DNA of 64,000 bases from Nitrososphaerota archaeon (GCA_028867755.1 JAGWFT010000002.1:192001-256000); one strand, 5' to 3'. Shown: positions 29,595-39,788, counted from the stretch's first letter. Numbers and translations: made by a program. Notes: generated by a model not told the origin, from the letters alone.

Positions 29595-30782
29595 TCACCC
29601 CTTTTTTAGTAATTTATTAGCTTCTGTTGATTGCAGCCCCCACAATTCTACAAATCCTTTTGCAAGGGTCTGGTCGAAAGTGGAACCTGAACCATATGTT
29701 GCTAAGTCATGACTATACAATGAATAATCTGATTTTCTTCCAACCACTCTAAGACTTCCTTTGAACATTTTGAGCTTTACAGTTCCGCTAACTCTTTTCT
29801 GTGACATATTGATAAACATATCTAAATCTGTTTTCAGAGGATCTTGCCAGAGCCCGGAATATGCGAGCCATGCCCATTCCGAGTCAACCATTGCTTTGAA
29901 TTTTAATTCGTGTTTTGTAAGAACCATTTTTTCTAGATCGGTATGTGCCTCAATAAGACAGAGAGCTGCTGGCGTCTCGTATACCTCTCGAGATTTTATT
30001 CCAACCACTCTGTCCTCTATGTGATCTACTATTCCAACACCTGCCGCTCCGGCCTTTTTGTTGACGTATTGGATTAACTCCATTGGTTTTAGATTCCTGC
30101 CGTCTACTGCCACCGGTATTCCCTGCCTGAACTTTATCTCCAAGTACTGTGGCCTGTCTGGCAAGTTTTTTGTCTTGACCCAGATGAAAGCGTCTTCTGG
30201 TGGCTCTGCAAATGCATCTTCAAGATCACCTCCCTCTATTGCTCTTCCCCAAAGGTTTTGGTCTATGCTAAACCTCTTTGCTGCAGTATCAATCTGTATT
30301 CCATGCTTTTTTGCAAATTTTAATTCAATATCGCGAGTAAGGTTGAGGTCCCTGATGGGGGCAATGATTGGCAAAGTAGAGCCTGATCGCATGGTGACAT
30401 CAAATCGCACCTGATCATTTCCTTTTCCAGTACAGCCATGAGCCAATGCCTCCGCGTTCTCTTTTTTTGCAATCTCTACTACCTTTTGAGCAATTAATGG
30501 TCTTGCAAGAGCCGTTGCAAGACAATATTTTTTTTGGTATAGTGCATTTGCCTTGATTGAAGGTATTATGAAATCCTCTACAAACTCGCTTCTTGCATCA
30601 ACGTTGTAATGCCTTACCACTCCAAGTTTTTTTGCCTTGGCTGTAATTTTTTTCAGATCGTCGCCCTGACCAACATCAACTGTAATAGTGACTACATCTA
30701 GTCCGTGTTTTTCTTGAAGATATTTTACGACAACAGATGTGTCAAGTCCGCCAGAGAAAGCTAAAACTGCCTTTCCTTTCAT
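29595..30782 (-). CDS. argG: Argininosuccinate synthase
   Basis: LAFSGGLDTS, HGCTGKGNDQVRF, SIDQNLWGR, IKSREVYE. Confidence 0.97.
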   Translation of the reverse strand: MKGKAVLAFSGGLDTSVVVKYLQEKHGLDVVTITVDVGQGDDLKKITAKAKKLGVVRHYNVDARSEFVEDFIIPSIKANALYQKKYCLATALARPLIAQKVVEIAKKENAEALAHGCTGKGNDQVRFDVTMRSGSTLPIIAPIRDLNLTRDIELKFAKKHGIQIDTAAKRFSIDQNLWGRAIEGGDLEDAFAEPPEDAFIWVKTKNLPDRPQYLEIKFRQGIPVAVDGRNLKPMELIQYVNKKAGAAGVGIVDHIEDRVVGIKSREVYETPAALCLIEAHTDLEKMVLTKHELKFKAMVDSEWAWLAYSGLWQDPLKTDLDMFINMSQKRVSGTVKLKMFKGSLRVVGRKSDYSLYSHDLATYGSGSTFDQTLAKGFVELWGLQSTEANKLLKKG

Positions 30783-31024
30783 TGAGGTTTTCTGTGATCA
30801 GATTTTAGCATTTATCTTTTATGGTATGCAATCTGATCCGTTCTGTCCTGTCAAAAAACTTGAAAAATTATTTTTTCATCAATGAGAGAAAGCAACTTAG
30901 TCCAAGCTAAAATTCGATTACTATTTAACCGCAATATTATAACGCTGTTATATGAAAATTATTCCCCTTTCGGGCATATATTACGATATGTCGTACAGCA
31001 ACAGTCAAAGAAGAGGGTAGTCAA

Positions 31025-31801
31025 ATGACAAAACTCCAGGCAAAAAACATTGTAAAACATTTTGATCACAACGGTAACTCAGTTCTTGCACTTGATGGAA
31101 TAACTCTTGATGTGCAAGAAGGGGACTTTGTCTGCATTGTGGGACCATCAGGATGTGGCAAGTCTACATTTCTAAATATTGTTGCAGGTCTTGAAAAACC
31201 AGACTCTGGAGATGTATTGCTTAATGGAAATTCTATCTCCACTCCAGGACCTGACAGGACGATGGTCTTTCAAGAAGGTGCGCTCTTTCCATGGCTCAAG
31301 GTTATTGATAACGTAGAGTTTGGACTCAAGATGGCAGGAATTCCAAAGGATGAACGCAGACAAATATCGCAAAGATATCTTGACATGATGCAACTAACCA
31401 AGTTTGCAGACTCGTATACATATCAGCTATCGACTGGAATGAAACAAAGAGTTGCAATAGCAAGAGCACTTGCTATGGATCCGGAAATTTTGTTGATGGA
31501 TGAACCATTTGCAGCTCTTGACTCTCAGACAAGAGATCTCTTACTTGTAGAACTGCAACTCATATGGGAGAGGACAAAAAAGACAATCATCTTTGTAACA
31601 CACAACATCTCTGAATCTGTCATACTGGGAAACCGCGTAGTAGTTTTCAAAAACAGGCCTTCTAAGATAAAAAAAGAGATAGTTATCGATTATAGAAGAC
31701 CACGACTAATGGAGGATGAGAATCTCCAGAAATATTATCATCAGATTGTAGAAGAGCTCAAGAGCGAAGTGATTGCGCAAATAAAGGATGAGAACCAATG
31801 A
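31025..31801 (+). CDS. ABC transporter ATP-binding protein, NitT/TauT (SsuB/TauB-like)
   Basis: GPSGCGKST, LSTGMKQRVAIARAL, LMDEPFAALD, VTHN. Confidence 0.92.
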   Translation: MTKLQAKNIVKHFDHNGNSVLALDGITLDVQEGDFVCIVGPSGCGKSTFLNIVAGLEKPDSGDVLLNGNSISTPGPDRTMVFQEGALFPWLKVIDNVEFGLKMAGIPKDERRQISQRYLDMMQLTKFADSYTYQLSTGMKQRVAIARALAMDPEILLMDEPFAALDSQTRDLLLVELQLIWERTKKTIIFVTHNISESVILGNRVVVFKNRPSKIKKEIVIDYRRPRLMEDENLQKYYHQIVEELKSEVIAQIKDENQ

Positions 31802-32598
31802 ACGAGAAAGTAATCTCTGAGAAAAACTCGCAAGGCCTTCACGACGCAGCAAACGCTGCTTTACTATTGGCAATCTTTGTTGGTGTGTGGCAAGTGGTAT
31901 TCATGCTTGGAATATGGCCTCAGATATCCTTGCCATCTCCTGTCATGGTTGCAGAGTCGTTTGTCAAAATAATCTCAAACTTTTCTCTACCCGAAGGAAT
32001 TGGTATAACGCTGGGAAGACTTGTGTCCGCATTTGCAATCTCCATAGTTCTTGGGACACTCATAGGACTTGCAATGATCCGATTCAGGGGGTTTGGCAAG
32101 ACTCTTAATTCATTTTCTGCAGGTCTGCTATCATTTCCAAGCATCGCGTGGGTTCCGTTTTCAATTCTCTTGATAGGATTCAATGAGTTTGGCATACTGT
32201 TTGTAGTAATAATGAGCTCAATCTTTTCTGTGATGATCTCAACTTATAGCAGCATCAGAAATATTCCGCCGATATACCTTGATGCTGCAAAAAACATGGG
32301 TGCAAAAGGATTTGCCCTGTTCAGATATGTTACGTTGCCTGCAGCAACCCCGTCATTGATAATTGGGTTAAGACAAGGATGGTCATTTGCATGGCATGCA
32401 ATAATTGGAGCCGAAATACTCATGTCAATTGTAGGCCTAGGACACATACTTTCAGTTGGAAGAGAATTTTTGGATATGGGCGAGGTCATTGCCAGCATGA
32501 TTACAATATTTGCAATAGGATTGATAGTTGACAGATTTTTGCTCAACAAGATAGAGGAAAAGATACGAAGAAAGTGGGGACTTGATCACCATCGCTAA
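31798..32598 (+). CDS. ABC transporter permease, NitT/TauT (SsuC/TauC-like)
   Basis: PSIAWVP, DAAKNMGA (EAA-like loop), GLGH; six TM segments. Confidence 0.9.
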   Translation: MNEKVISEKNSQGLHDAANAALLLAIFVGVWQVVFMLGIWPQISLPSPVMVAESFVKIISNFSLPEGIGITLGRLVSAFAISIVLGTLIGLAMIRFRGFGKTLNSFSAGLLSFPSIAWVPFSILLIGFNEFGILFVVIMSSIFSVMISTYSSIRNIPPIYLDAAKNMGAKGFALFRYVTLPAATPSLIIGLRQGWSFAWHAIIGAEILMSIVGLGHILSVGREFLDMGEVIASMITIFAIGLIVDRFLLNKIEEKIRRKWGLDHHR

Positions 32599-32622
32599 AT
32601 GAAAAGATCTGTGTGAACTAAG

Positions 32623-33609
32623 TTGCTAGATGATCTTGTAAAAAATAGAGTAGATGCAAAAAAACCTCGAAAAGAAGGACTGACATATGTAGTTGATAGG
32701 CTTGAAAGCTACAACAAGGAAAACTGGGAGTTGCTTTCATCGTTTGTAGATGTAGTAAAGATAAACGGAGCACTGCCGCTTTTGGCATCAGAACAGAGTC
32801 TTATCAAGAAAATAAAATTCTACCATGATCTTGGAATTCTTGTCTCGACAGGACATATTAGTACGGAATATTCAATTGCTCAGAACTCATTTGAAAGATA
32901 CGCCAAAGAAGCTGCAAAGCTAGAGTTTGATGTGATAGAAATTGGCGAGAACATTGTAGACTTGAGTGCGGAAAGAAAAAAGAAAATTAATGAAACAATA
33001 TTGTCGCTAGAACTAGAATCGCAGTGGAAAGTGGGAAAGCGCGATCCAAGACATCAGCTTACAGTAGAAGATACGTTATCCAAAGTGGAAGAACTGGTAA
33101 GTTTAGGTTCAAAAAAAGTAATAGTAGAGGCAAATCAGGGGTTTGGAGTTGGAATTTACGATGAGAATGGCAACGTGAAATGGGGATCTGTTGCGACTCT
33201 TACCAACAAGTATCCTCCAAACACGTTCATCTTTGAGGCGCCTCTTGAAACACAACAGTTTGCACTGATAGCAGAATTTGGAGAACGTGTTAATCTCTCT
33301 GAGGTATACGTAGATTCCATAATATCGGTAGAATCAGAACGACGTGGAATCCTGTCAAAATCTGCCTTTACTACAGTGAACCTAAGAGAAGAACCAGAGG
33401 GTGGACCTGCTGCAAAATTTATCTACTATATCATAAAGACAAAGTTTCCAATCGAGCAAAGTGACTTGATGAACTTGAGTTATCTTCCAAGAAGAACTGT
33501 ACAAAGCGCTATTGAAGATCTAAAAAATCAGGGTCTAATAATAGAAAGAACCAGTCTCAACGATGCAAGAAAAAGAGTTTACTATCCTATCAAGTCTGAA
33601 TGGCTGTAG
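32623..33609 (+). CDS. ComA (phosphosulfolactate synthase)-fold protein fused to a C-terminal winged helix-turn-helix
   Basis: KPRKEGLTYVVD, VGKR, VIVEA, GIYD, IFEAP, RRG as in ComA; tail LPRRTVQSAIEDLKNQGLIIE...DARKRVY. Confidence 0.78.
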   Translation: MLDDLVKNRVDAKKPRKEGLTYVVDRLESYNKENWELLSSFVDVVKINGALPLLASEQSLIKKIKFYHDLGILVSTGHISTEYSIAQNSFERYAKEAAKLEFDVIEIGENIVDLSAERKKKINETILSLELESQWKVGKRDPRHQLTVEDTLSKVEELVSLGSKKVIVEANQGFGVGIYDENGNVKWGSVATLTNKYPPNTFIFEAPLETQQFALIAEFGERVNLSEVYVDSIISVESERRGILSKSAFTTVNLREEPEGGPAAKFIYYIIKTKFPIEQSDLMNLSYLPRRTVQSAIEDLKNQGLIIERTSLNDARKRVYYPIKSEWL

Positions 33610-33653
33610 AAAAAACAATCTGAAGAACAAAAATGACAAATAAAATTAATTGT

Positions 33654-33683
33654 ATAATTTGCACATTATAATCATAATTTGCA
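33654..33683. repeat. Direct repeat ATAATTTGCA x2 with 20-bp period upstream of the substrate-binding protein gene
   Basis: Copies at 33654-33663 and 33674-33683. Confidence 0.5.
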
Positions 33684-33729
33684 TATTTGAATTCGGTTAT
33701 ATTAGAACAAATTCAAGCACGCGTGTAAG

Positions 33730-34800
33730 ATGAACGTAATAGCAAAATTTGGAATTGCAGGTGTAATAATAGCAGTAGTAATTGCCCTAAGTTTTATCTC
33801 AATTTCTGGCAATACACAAACACATGTAGTATCAGAATCTTCATCTGACACTCTACGCATTGGATATTTCCCAAACATAAGCCATGCACAAGCAGTAATA
33901 GGGCTTGGAAATGGTGATTATCAAAAGGAACTTGGAAATATTCAAGTAGAAACACAGGTGTTCAATGCAGGACCTGCTGCTATCGAAGCACTCTTTGCAA
34001 ATAGAATTGATGTTGCATATGTAGGACCAAACCCTGCAATTAATGGATATATCAAATCAGACGGTCAAGGACTGCGAGTTATTGCTGGTGCCGCAAGTGG
34101 AGGCACAGTTTTTGTTGTACGAAATGATGATGGCATAAACTCAGTAAATGATTTGGGTGGAAAAAAATTTGCTTCTCCTCAACTTGGAAATACACAAGAT
34201 GTAGCACTTAGGTCATTTTTACTCAAAAATGGATACAAAACTTCTGATAATGGTGGAACTGTTCAAGTAATCCCTGCTGCAAATCCTGATATCTTTACTA
34301 TGATGTTAAAGAAAGACATTGACGGTGCATGGGTTCCAGAACCATGGGGGACTAAACTGGAAAAAGAAGCAAACGGAAAGATTCTAGTTGATGAGAGAGA
34401 CTTGTGGCCAAATGGCAAGTTTGCTACTGCTTTGATAGTGGTAAGAACTGACTATTTGCAAAACCATCCTGATATAATCAAGAAATTGTTAGAGGCTCAC
34501 GTCAATGAGACTAATTGGATAAACAACAACAAGGATAAAGCAATATCAGTTTTCAACGATCAACTAGAAAAATTGACAGGCAAACAGCTTCCATCAGACG
34601 AGCTTGAAGAAGCCTTCTCAAGAATGGACTTGACGTATGATCCAATGCAAGATTCACTTTACAAATCAGCAGATGCCGCATTTAACTTGGGATTCTTGGG
34701 TGATACAAAGCCTGATCTAAGCAACATATTTGACCTTAATCTTCTCAATCAAGTGTTAGGCGAAAATAACTTACCTGCAATATCTCAAATATCTGGTTAG
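33730..34800 (+). CDS. ABC substrate-binding protein, SsuA/aliphatic-sulfonate type, N-terminally anchored
   Basis: RIGYFPNISHA, FNAGP, YVGPNPAING, PQLGNTQD, WVPEPW. Confidence 0.88.
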   Translation: MNVIAKFGIAGVIIAVVIALSFISISGNTQTHVVSESSSDTLRIGYFPNISHAQAVIGLGNGDYQKELGNIQVETQVFNAGPAAIEALFANRIDVAYVGPNPAINGYIKSDGQGLRVIAGAASGGTVFVVRNDDGINSVNDLGGKKFASPQLGNTQDVALRSFLLKNGYKTSDNGGTVQVIPAANPDIFTMMLKKDIDGAWVPEPWGTKLEKEANGKILVDERDLWPNGKFATALIVVRTDYLQNHPDIIKKLLEAHVNETNWINNNKDKAISVFNDQLEKLTGKQLPSDELEEAFSRMDLTYDPMQDSLYKSADAAFNLGFLGDTKPDLSNIFDLNLLNQVLGENNLPAISQISG

Positions 34801-35549
34801 AGTTTTTTCAGTACTTCAAGCGCTCCCCTGAAATCATTTGGAGAACTCAAAAGCACATCGCCTGCAATTCTATGAACTTGTTTTACAAATCCTACCATGT
34901 CCTTACTGTATCCCGACCAGTCAAGGTTGAGCATCTGTGCAGATTTTTGGTTGAGCTCTGATGCTAACAACACACATGGTATTATCCTAAATCCTTGTGG
35001 CTTTAGCTTGTCAACTATGTTTGTTACCTGATCAACAGAGCTTATGACCTGTGTGACAAACCCCTTTGGCCGTGCTTCAACTTTTTTGTGGATCTTGTCA
35101 AAATTGGGATTTGATGAAATTGAGAGATAAAGGTCAATTTTTTCTCCAAAGCCCTGCTCGTTGAATTGTTTTACAACTTCGCTTGGAACAAGTCTAGAGT
35201 CCTTGGGGCCAGTAGGCGGCGGGTCGCCTTTGACTACTAGCACCCCATTCAAGTTCAAAAGTATCGCATCACAAATGGTTTGCGTAATTGATGTGTGGTT
35301 CCTGTCCCGCACTCGTACGCTTGCAGAAATCTTGATCTTGTCATTAGAGTTTTTAATGAAGAAACCCGCAGTTATTGGAGATATTCTTGGGATGCCAAGA
35401 ACAGAATCTGTAACATGTATGCCATCGCAGACCTTTCCCACCTCTTCAGATTTTGACTTGAATTTATCAACAGATTCCTGTAATTCACTGTGAGAAAGTA
35501 TTTTGCCCTGTATTACCTTTGGAGGGTTTAACTCATAAATTATCGTCAT
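34797..35549 (-). CDS. metF: Methylenetetrahydrofolate reductase-like (divergent MetF fold)
   Basis: IIYELNPPK, HVTDS, VRVRDRN, VVKGDPP, FVTQV; divergent from the metH genes. Confidence 0.65.
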   Translation of the reverse strand: MTIIYELNPPKVIQGKILSHSELQESVDKFKSKSEEVGKVCDGIHVTDSVLGIPRISPITAGFFIKNSNDKIKISASVRVRDRNHTSITQTICDAILLNLNGVLVVKGDPPPTGPKDSRLVPSEVVKQFNEQGFGEKIDLYLSISSNPNFDKIHKKVEARPKGFVTQVISSVDQVTNIVDKLKPQGFRIIPCVLLASELNQKSAQMLNLDWSGYSKDMVGFVKQVHRIAGDVLLSSPNDFRGALEVLKKL

Positions 35550-35641
35550 AAAAGAGTGTCACGGCTACTTGATTATAACCTTTGAAGGTATTGATACATG
35601 ACAAAATAAAAGAAAATTAATACATTGAAAACCAGCATCAC

Positions 35642-36607
35642 TTGTTGTTGACAAAAACTCCTCTTGCTGAACTGATGAAACAAAAGGTAGTGCTCTTTGA
35701 CGGAGCGATGGGAACTGAGATTCAAAAATTAAATCCGCAAGCAGAAGACTTTCCAGACGGAAAGGATGGCTTTAACGATGGCCTGTCTTTTACAAGACCT
35801 GAATGGATAAAAAATATCCACAGAAATTATCTCAAGGCAGGAGCTGATTGCATAGAGACCAATACGTTTGGCTCAAACAAGCTCAAGCTAGAAGAATATG
35901 GCTATGGCGATAAAACATTAGAGTTTAATAAAAAAATTGCAGAACTTGCAGTTGAAATTACAAAAGAATTTTCTGATAAACCAAGATATGTAGTTGGTTC
36001 AATGGGACCAACAGGATATTTGCCAAGCTCAAACGATCCATCTCTTGGACAAATACCTCTTGAGAAAATTAGGGAGGCGTTTGAGATTCAGGCAGAGGGT
36101 TTGATATTGGGAGGTGTAGATGCATTGTTAATTGAGACAAGCCAGGACATTTTGGAAGTAAAGCTTGCAATAGAGGCATGTCATAGTGCAATAAAAAAGA
36201 CAGGAAAGAAAATTCCAATCGTTGCAAATGTAACCCTTGACAAGTATGGCAAGATGCTGCTTGGGACAAATATCCAAGCGGCATATACCACTGTGTCAGA
36301 CATGGGTGTAGATGCATTTGGACTTAATTGTTCTACTGGACCTGTTGAGATGACACCTAGCGTACAGTGGCTCAACGAACAAGATGAGCTACCATTGCTT
36401 GTTGTCCCAAATGCAGGAATGCCTGAGAACCAGGGAGGACGGGCGGTCTACAAGATGGCGCCTGAAGAGATGGCCAAAGTAATGCGTGATTTTCTCTCTC
36501 AGTATAACAAAGTACGAATTATAGGTGGTTGCTGCGGTACTGGCGTAGACCATATAGCATTTCTAAGAAAAATAATTGATGAAAAGCAATCAGAAAATAA
36601 GCGCTAG
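35642..36607 (+). CDS. metH: Methionine synthase, homocysteine-binding module (split MetH, part 1)
   Basis: DGAMGT, AGADCIETNTFG, IETSQD, GLNCS, PNAG, GGCCGT. Confidence 0.92.
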   Translation: MLLTKTPLAELMKQKVVLFDGAMGTEIQKLNPQAEDFPDGKDGFNDGLSFTRPEWIKNIHRNYLKAGADCIETNTFGSNKLKLEEYGYGDKTLEFNKKIAELAVEITKEFSDKPRYVVGSMGPTGYLPSSNDPSLGQIPLEKIREAFEIQAEGLILGGVDALLIETSQDILEVKLAIEACHSAIKKTGKKIPIVANVTLDKYGKMLLGTNIQAAYTTVSDMGVDAFGLNCSTGPVEMTPSVQWLNEQDELPLLVVPNAGMPENQGGRAVYKMAPEEMAKVMRDFLSQYNKVRIIGGCCGTGVDHIAFLRKIIDEKQSENKR

Positions 36608-36623
36608 GTTTTAGAAAAAGCAG

Positions 36624-39140
36624 TTGAGAGTCATTATGTTGAAAGATCCTCGAGTAAGTTCTGCATTAAAAGCGGTAGACCTTAGGCAAAACCCCCCTCC
36701 TTTGATTATAGGTGAGAGGCTCAATGCACAAGGATCAAAGAAGGCAAAAGAGTGTGTACTAAACGACAATTTTGAGGAACTATCAAAGATTGCAAGAGAT
36801 CAAGTGGAAGATGGGGCGCACTGTCTTGATGTATGTGTTGCCACGACAGAGCGTTCAGACGAACTTGAGTTTATGAAAAAACTTGTAAAGTTGCTAAGCC
36901 TTGAAATTGATGCTCCACTTGTAATAGACTCGACTGAGGCCAAAGTCATTGCATCTGCACTAGAACAAATTCCTGGTAAACCAATCATAAATTCAATTAA
37001 TCTGGAAGGAGATGGTAGCAGATTTCATTCGCTTGCTCCTTTGATGGTAAAGTACGGAGTTCCTGCAATTGCTATGTGTATAGGACCAAAAGGAATGGCA
37101 AAAACTCCACAGGAAAAACTTGAAACTGCAGAACTTCTTCTTGAAACAGGAAAAAGTTATGGGCTGCAAGAGCAGCACTTTATCTTTGATGTTCTAACTT
37201 TTACATTAGCGACAGGTGAGGCAGAATTTCTTGATGCTGGAAAAAATACTCTAGAAGGAATCAGTCTAGTAAAGAAAAGATTTCCAAATTCGTTTACAAC
37301 GCTTGGGTTAAGCAACGTGAGCTTTGGTCTTGCTCCAAGGGCAAGAAAGATACTAAATGCTGTATTTTTGTATCATGCTGTAAAAGCAGGTCTTGACACA
37401 GTCATAATAAACCCAAAAGATGTCATTCCATATCCAGAAATTGATGAGAAGGAAAGACATGTTGCAGAAGATCTGATATTCAACAAGCATCCAAACGCTC
37501 TTGCAGAGTTTATCGCATATTTTGAGGCAACCAAATCAACTGCTCAGCTTGCTGCAAAGAAAGTCGAGGTTGATCCATCATGGCCTGCTGGAAAACGCTC
37601 TAACTTTAGGATAGTCAATAGAATTCGAGACGGGATAGAAAGAGACGTTGTAAGTGCAATATCTGAAAAGATTTCAGGACAACATGACATCTTAGAAAAA
37701 GAAGGCATGATAACCATTGATGCACCAAAAGAGGTTACACATTCTGCTGCAATCCAGACATTAAATGATGATCTACTGCCTGCAATGAAGGAGGTAGGTG
37801 ACAAGTTTGGAGCAGGAGAGCTCATACTGCCATTTGTTCTAAAATCTGCGGAATGCATGAAGGCTGCAGTTGCAGAACTTGAGAAATATTTGCTGAAGGA
37901 GAAAGGTAGCACAAAAGGAAAACTTGTTCTGGGTACAGTTTATGGTGATGTTCATGATATTGGAAAGAATCTAGTCAAAACAATTTTTGAAAACAATGGA
38001 TACACTGTCTATGATCTGGGAAAACAGGTTCCAATGCAAAAGTTTCTTGAAAAAATTGAAGAAGTAAAGGCAGATGCAATTGGATTGTCTGCACTCTTGG
38101 TTTCAACATCAAAGCAGATGCAATTCTTCGTAGAACATGCAAGAAAAAACAATATGCATATTCCAGTATTGTGTGGAGGAGCTGCAATAAACAGTAATTA
38201 TATCAACAGAATTGCAAAAGATGGTGGCATATACGAACCAGGAGTATTTTACTGCAAAACCATGTTTGATGGCCTTAAGACAATGGATAGTCTTGTGTCT
38301 GCAGAAAAACAAAAGTTTGTGCAGCAATGGCAGGAAAGAATTTCGAAATGGACAGAGACCGTAATTGAAAGACATGAAGGACAGGTAACAGAACGCAGCG
38401 AGATAAAGCCTGTTACTCCGCCAACTCCACCTCATACCAATAAGACAATAAGGCTTGAGCCAAAAGACATTGACCTAAATGAGGTATGGGAGTTTTTGGA
38501 CAAGAAATCACTTTTTGTACTTTCTTGGGGACTACGTGGAAAATCTGCCAAAGAATCAGAAGCTGAACATGAAATACTTTTTGAAGAGTGGAAGAAAAAA
38601 GTTCTTGCAGAAAAATTGTTTGAACCACAATCTGTATATGGATACTTTGTATGTCATGGAAAAGATGGAAAGCTAACTGTAGACCATCCAAGTGGGGGAA
38701 AACTTGTGTTTGAGTTTCCGCGCTCGTCTAGGTCCAAGCATCTCTGCCTGGCTGACTATTTTGGTCAAGACGACATAGTTGCTTTTCAAGCAGTGACTGT
38801 GGGAAACAAAGTCTCTGAGATAATTGAAAAATGGAACAAGGAAGACAAGTACACTGATGCCTATTACTTGCATGGGCTTGCAGTTGAAACAGCAGAAGCC
38901 ATGGCAGCATGGATAAACCAAAAAATAAAAGATGAGCTAAAAATTGATGGAAAACGTGGATTGAGATACAGTTGGGGGTATCCCAGTTGTCCAGACGTAT
39001 CACAACACTATATTGTCTGGAAACTACTGGAACCAGAAAAGTCTGGCATGACACTTACAGAATCAGGACAAATAGTTCCAGAACAATCGACTGCGGCTAT
39101 AGTTGTACACCACCCAGAAGCAGAATATTTCGCACTTTGA
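36624..39140 (+). CDS. metH: Methionine synthase pterin/B12-binding/reactivation modules (split MetH, part 2)
   Basis: IGERLN, GLSNVSFG, GDVHDIGKNLV (B12 His), SALLVST, RYSWGYPSCPD. Confidence 0.93.
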   Translation: MRVIMLKDPRVSSALKAVDLRQNPPPLIIGERLNAQGSKKAKECVLNDNFEELSKIARDQVEDGAHCLDVCVATTERSDELEFMKKLVKLLSLEIDAPLVIDSTEAKVIASALEQIPGKPIINSINLEGDGSRFHSLAPLMVKYGVPAIAMCIGPKGMAKTPQEKLETAELLLETGKSYGLQEQHFIFDVLTFTLATGEAEFLDAGKNTLEGISLVKKRFPNSFTTLGLSNVSFGLAPRARKILNAVFLYHAVKAGLDTVIINPKDVIPYPEIDEKERHVAEDLIFNKHPNALAEFIAYFEATKSTAQLAAKKVEVDPSWPAGKRSNFRIVNRIRDGIERDVVSAISEKISGQHDILEKEGMITIDAPKEVTHSAAIQTLNDDLLPAMKEVGDKFGAGELILPFVLKSAECMKAAVAELEKYLLKEKGSTKGKLVLGTVYGDVHDIGKNLVKTIFENNGYTVYDLGKQVPMQKFLEKIEEVKADAIGLSALLVSTSKQMQFFVEHARKNNMHIPVLCGGAAINSNYINRIAKDGGIYEPGVFYCKTMFDGLKTMDSLVSAEKQKFVQQWQERISKWTETVIERHEGQVTERSEIKPVTPPTPPHTNKTIRLEPKDIDLNEVWEFLDKKSLFVLSWGLRGKSAKESEAEHEILFEEWKKKVLAEKLFEPQSVYGYFVCHGKDGKLTVDHPSGGKLVFEFPRSSRSKHLCLADYFGQDDIVAFQAVTVGNKVSEIIEKWNKEDKYTDAYYLHGLAVETAEAMAAWINQKIKDELKIDGKRGLRYSWGYPSCPDVSQHYIVWKLLEPEKSGMTLTESGQIVPEQSTAAIVVHHPEAEYFAL

Positions 39141-39173
39141 TCACAACAGAAAATAATAAACCTGAACATTAGC

Positions 39174-39740
39174 ATGGTATTGGAATTACAAAAAATCAAG
39201 AGTGCTCTGTCAAGTCAACTATATCCAGATGTACACGGAAACAAGAAAACCAAACTCTCTGCCGTATTGATAATAATTTATGGTCCAGAGCCACATGTAA
39301 TCATGACTGAGAGGCCAAAAACCATGGACCATCATGCAGGGGAAATATCGTTTCCTGGAGGGAGGTGGCAAAGCGATGACGCAGACCTATTGGTTACTGC
39401 TCTGAGGGAAACTGGAGAAGAGATGGGCGTAGGAATCTCAAGGAGTCAGGTTATAGGGCAACTCAAACCTGTTACAACACTGAATTCAGGCTTTACAATT
39501 GCTCCATTTGTTACAATTCAGGAAAAAATTCCATCGGTAAAACCCAACTCTGAAATTGAATCTGTCTTGCAAATTCCATTGATTCCACTTTTGAAAACTA
39601 TGGACCAAGACAAAGATCCGGCGCACAACTCTATACAAGAGATGTACACTTTCAAATTTCAAAACCATCTGATATGGGGAGCATCTGCAAGGATGTTAAA
39701 TCAGATTGCTAGCAATTTGTCTGTAAACGGTTTACTGTGA
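39174..39740 (+). CDS. Nudix hydrolase, CoA pyrophosphatase (PCD1/NudL-like)
   Basis: HAGEISFPGG, ALRETGEEMG, IWGASA. Confidence 0.9.
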   Translation: MVLELQKIKSALSSQLYPDVHGNKKTKLSAVLIIIYGPEPHVIMTERPKTMDHHAGEISFPGGRWQSDDADLLVTALRETGEEMGVGISRSQVIGQLKPVTTLNSGFTIAPFVTIQEKIPSVKPNSEIESVLQIPLIPLLKTMDQDKDPAHNSIQEMYTFKFQNHLIWGASARMLNQIASNLSVNGLL

Positions 39741-39788
39741 GCATTTTTCGAGATTCATTTAAAAAGAGGTCCAGATTTTCAAACTTTC

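Noticed and set aside
32623-33609. Coenzyme M biosynthesis pathway
   Set aside because: Divergent active-site motifs, an HTH fusion and no comB/C/D/E in the window
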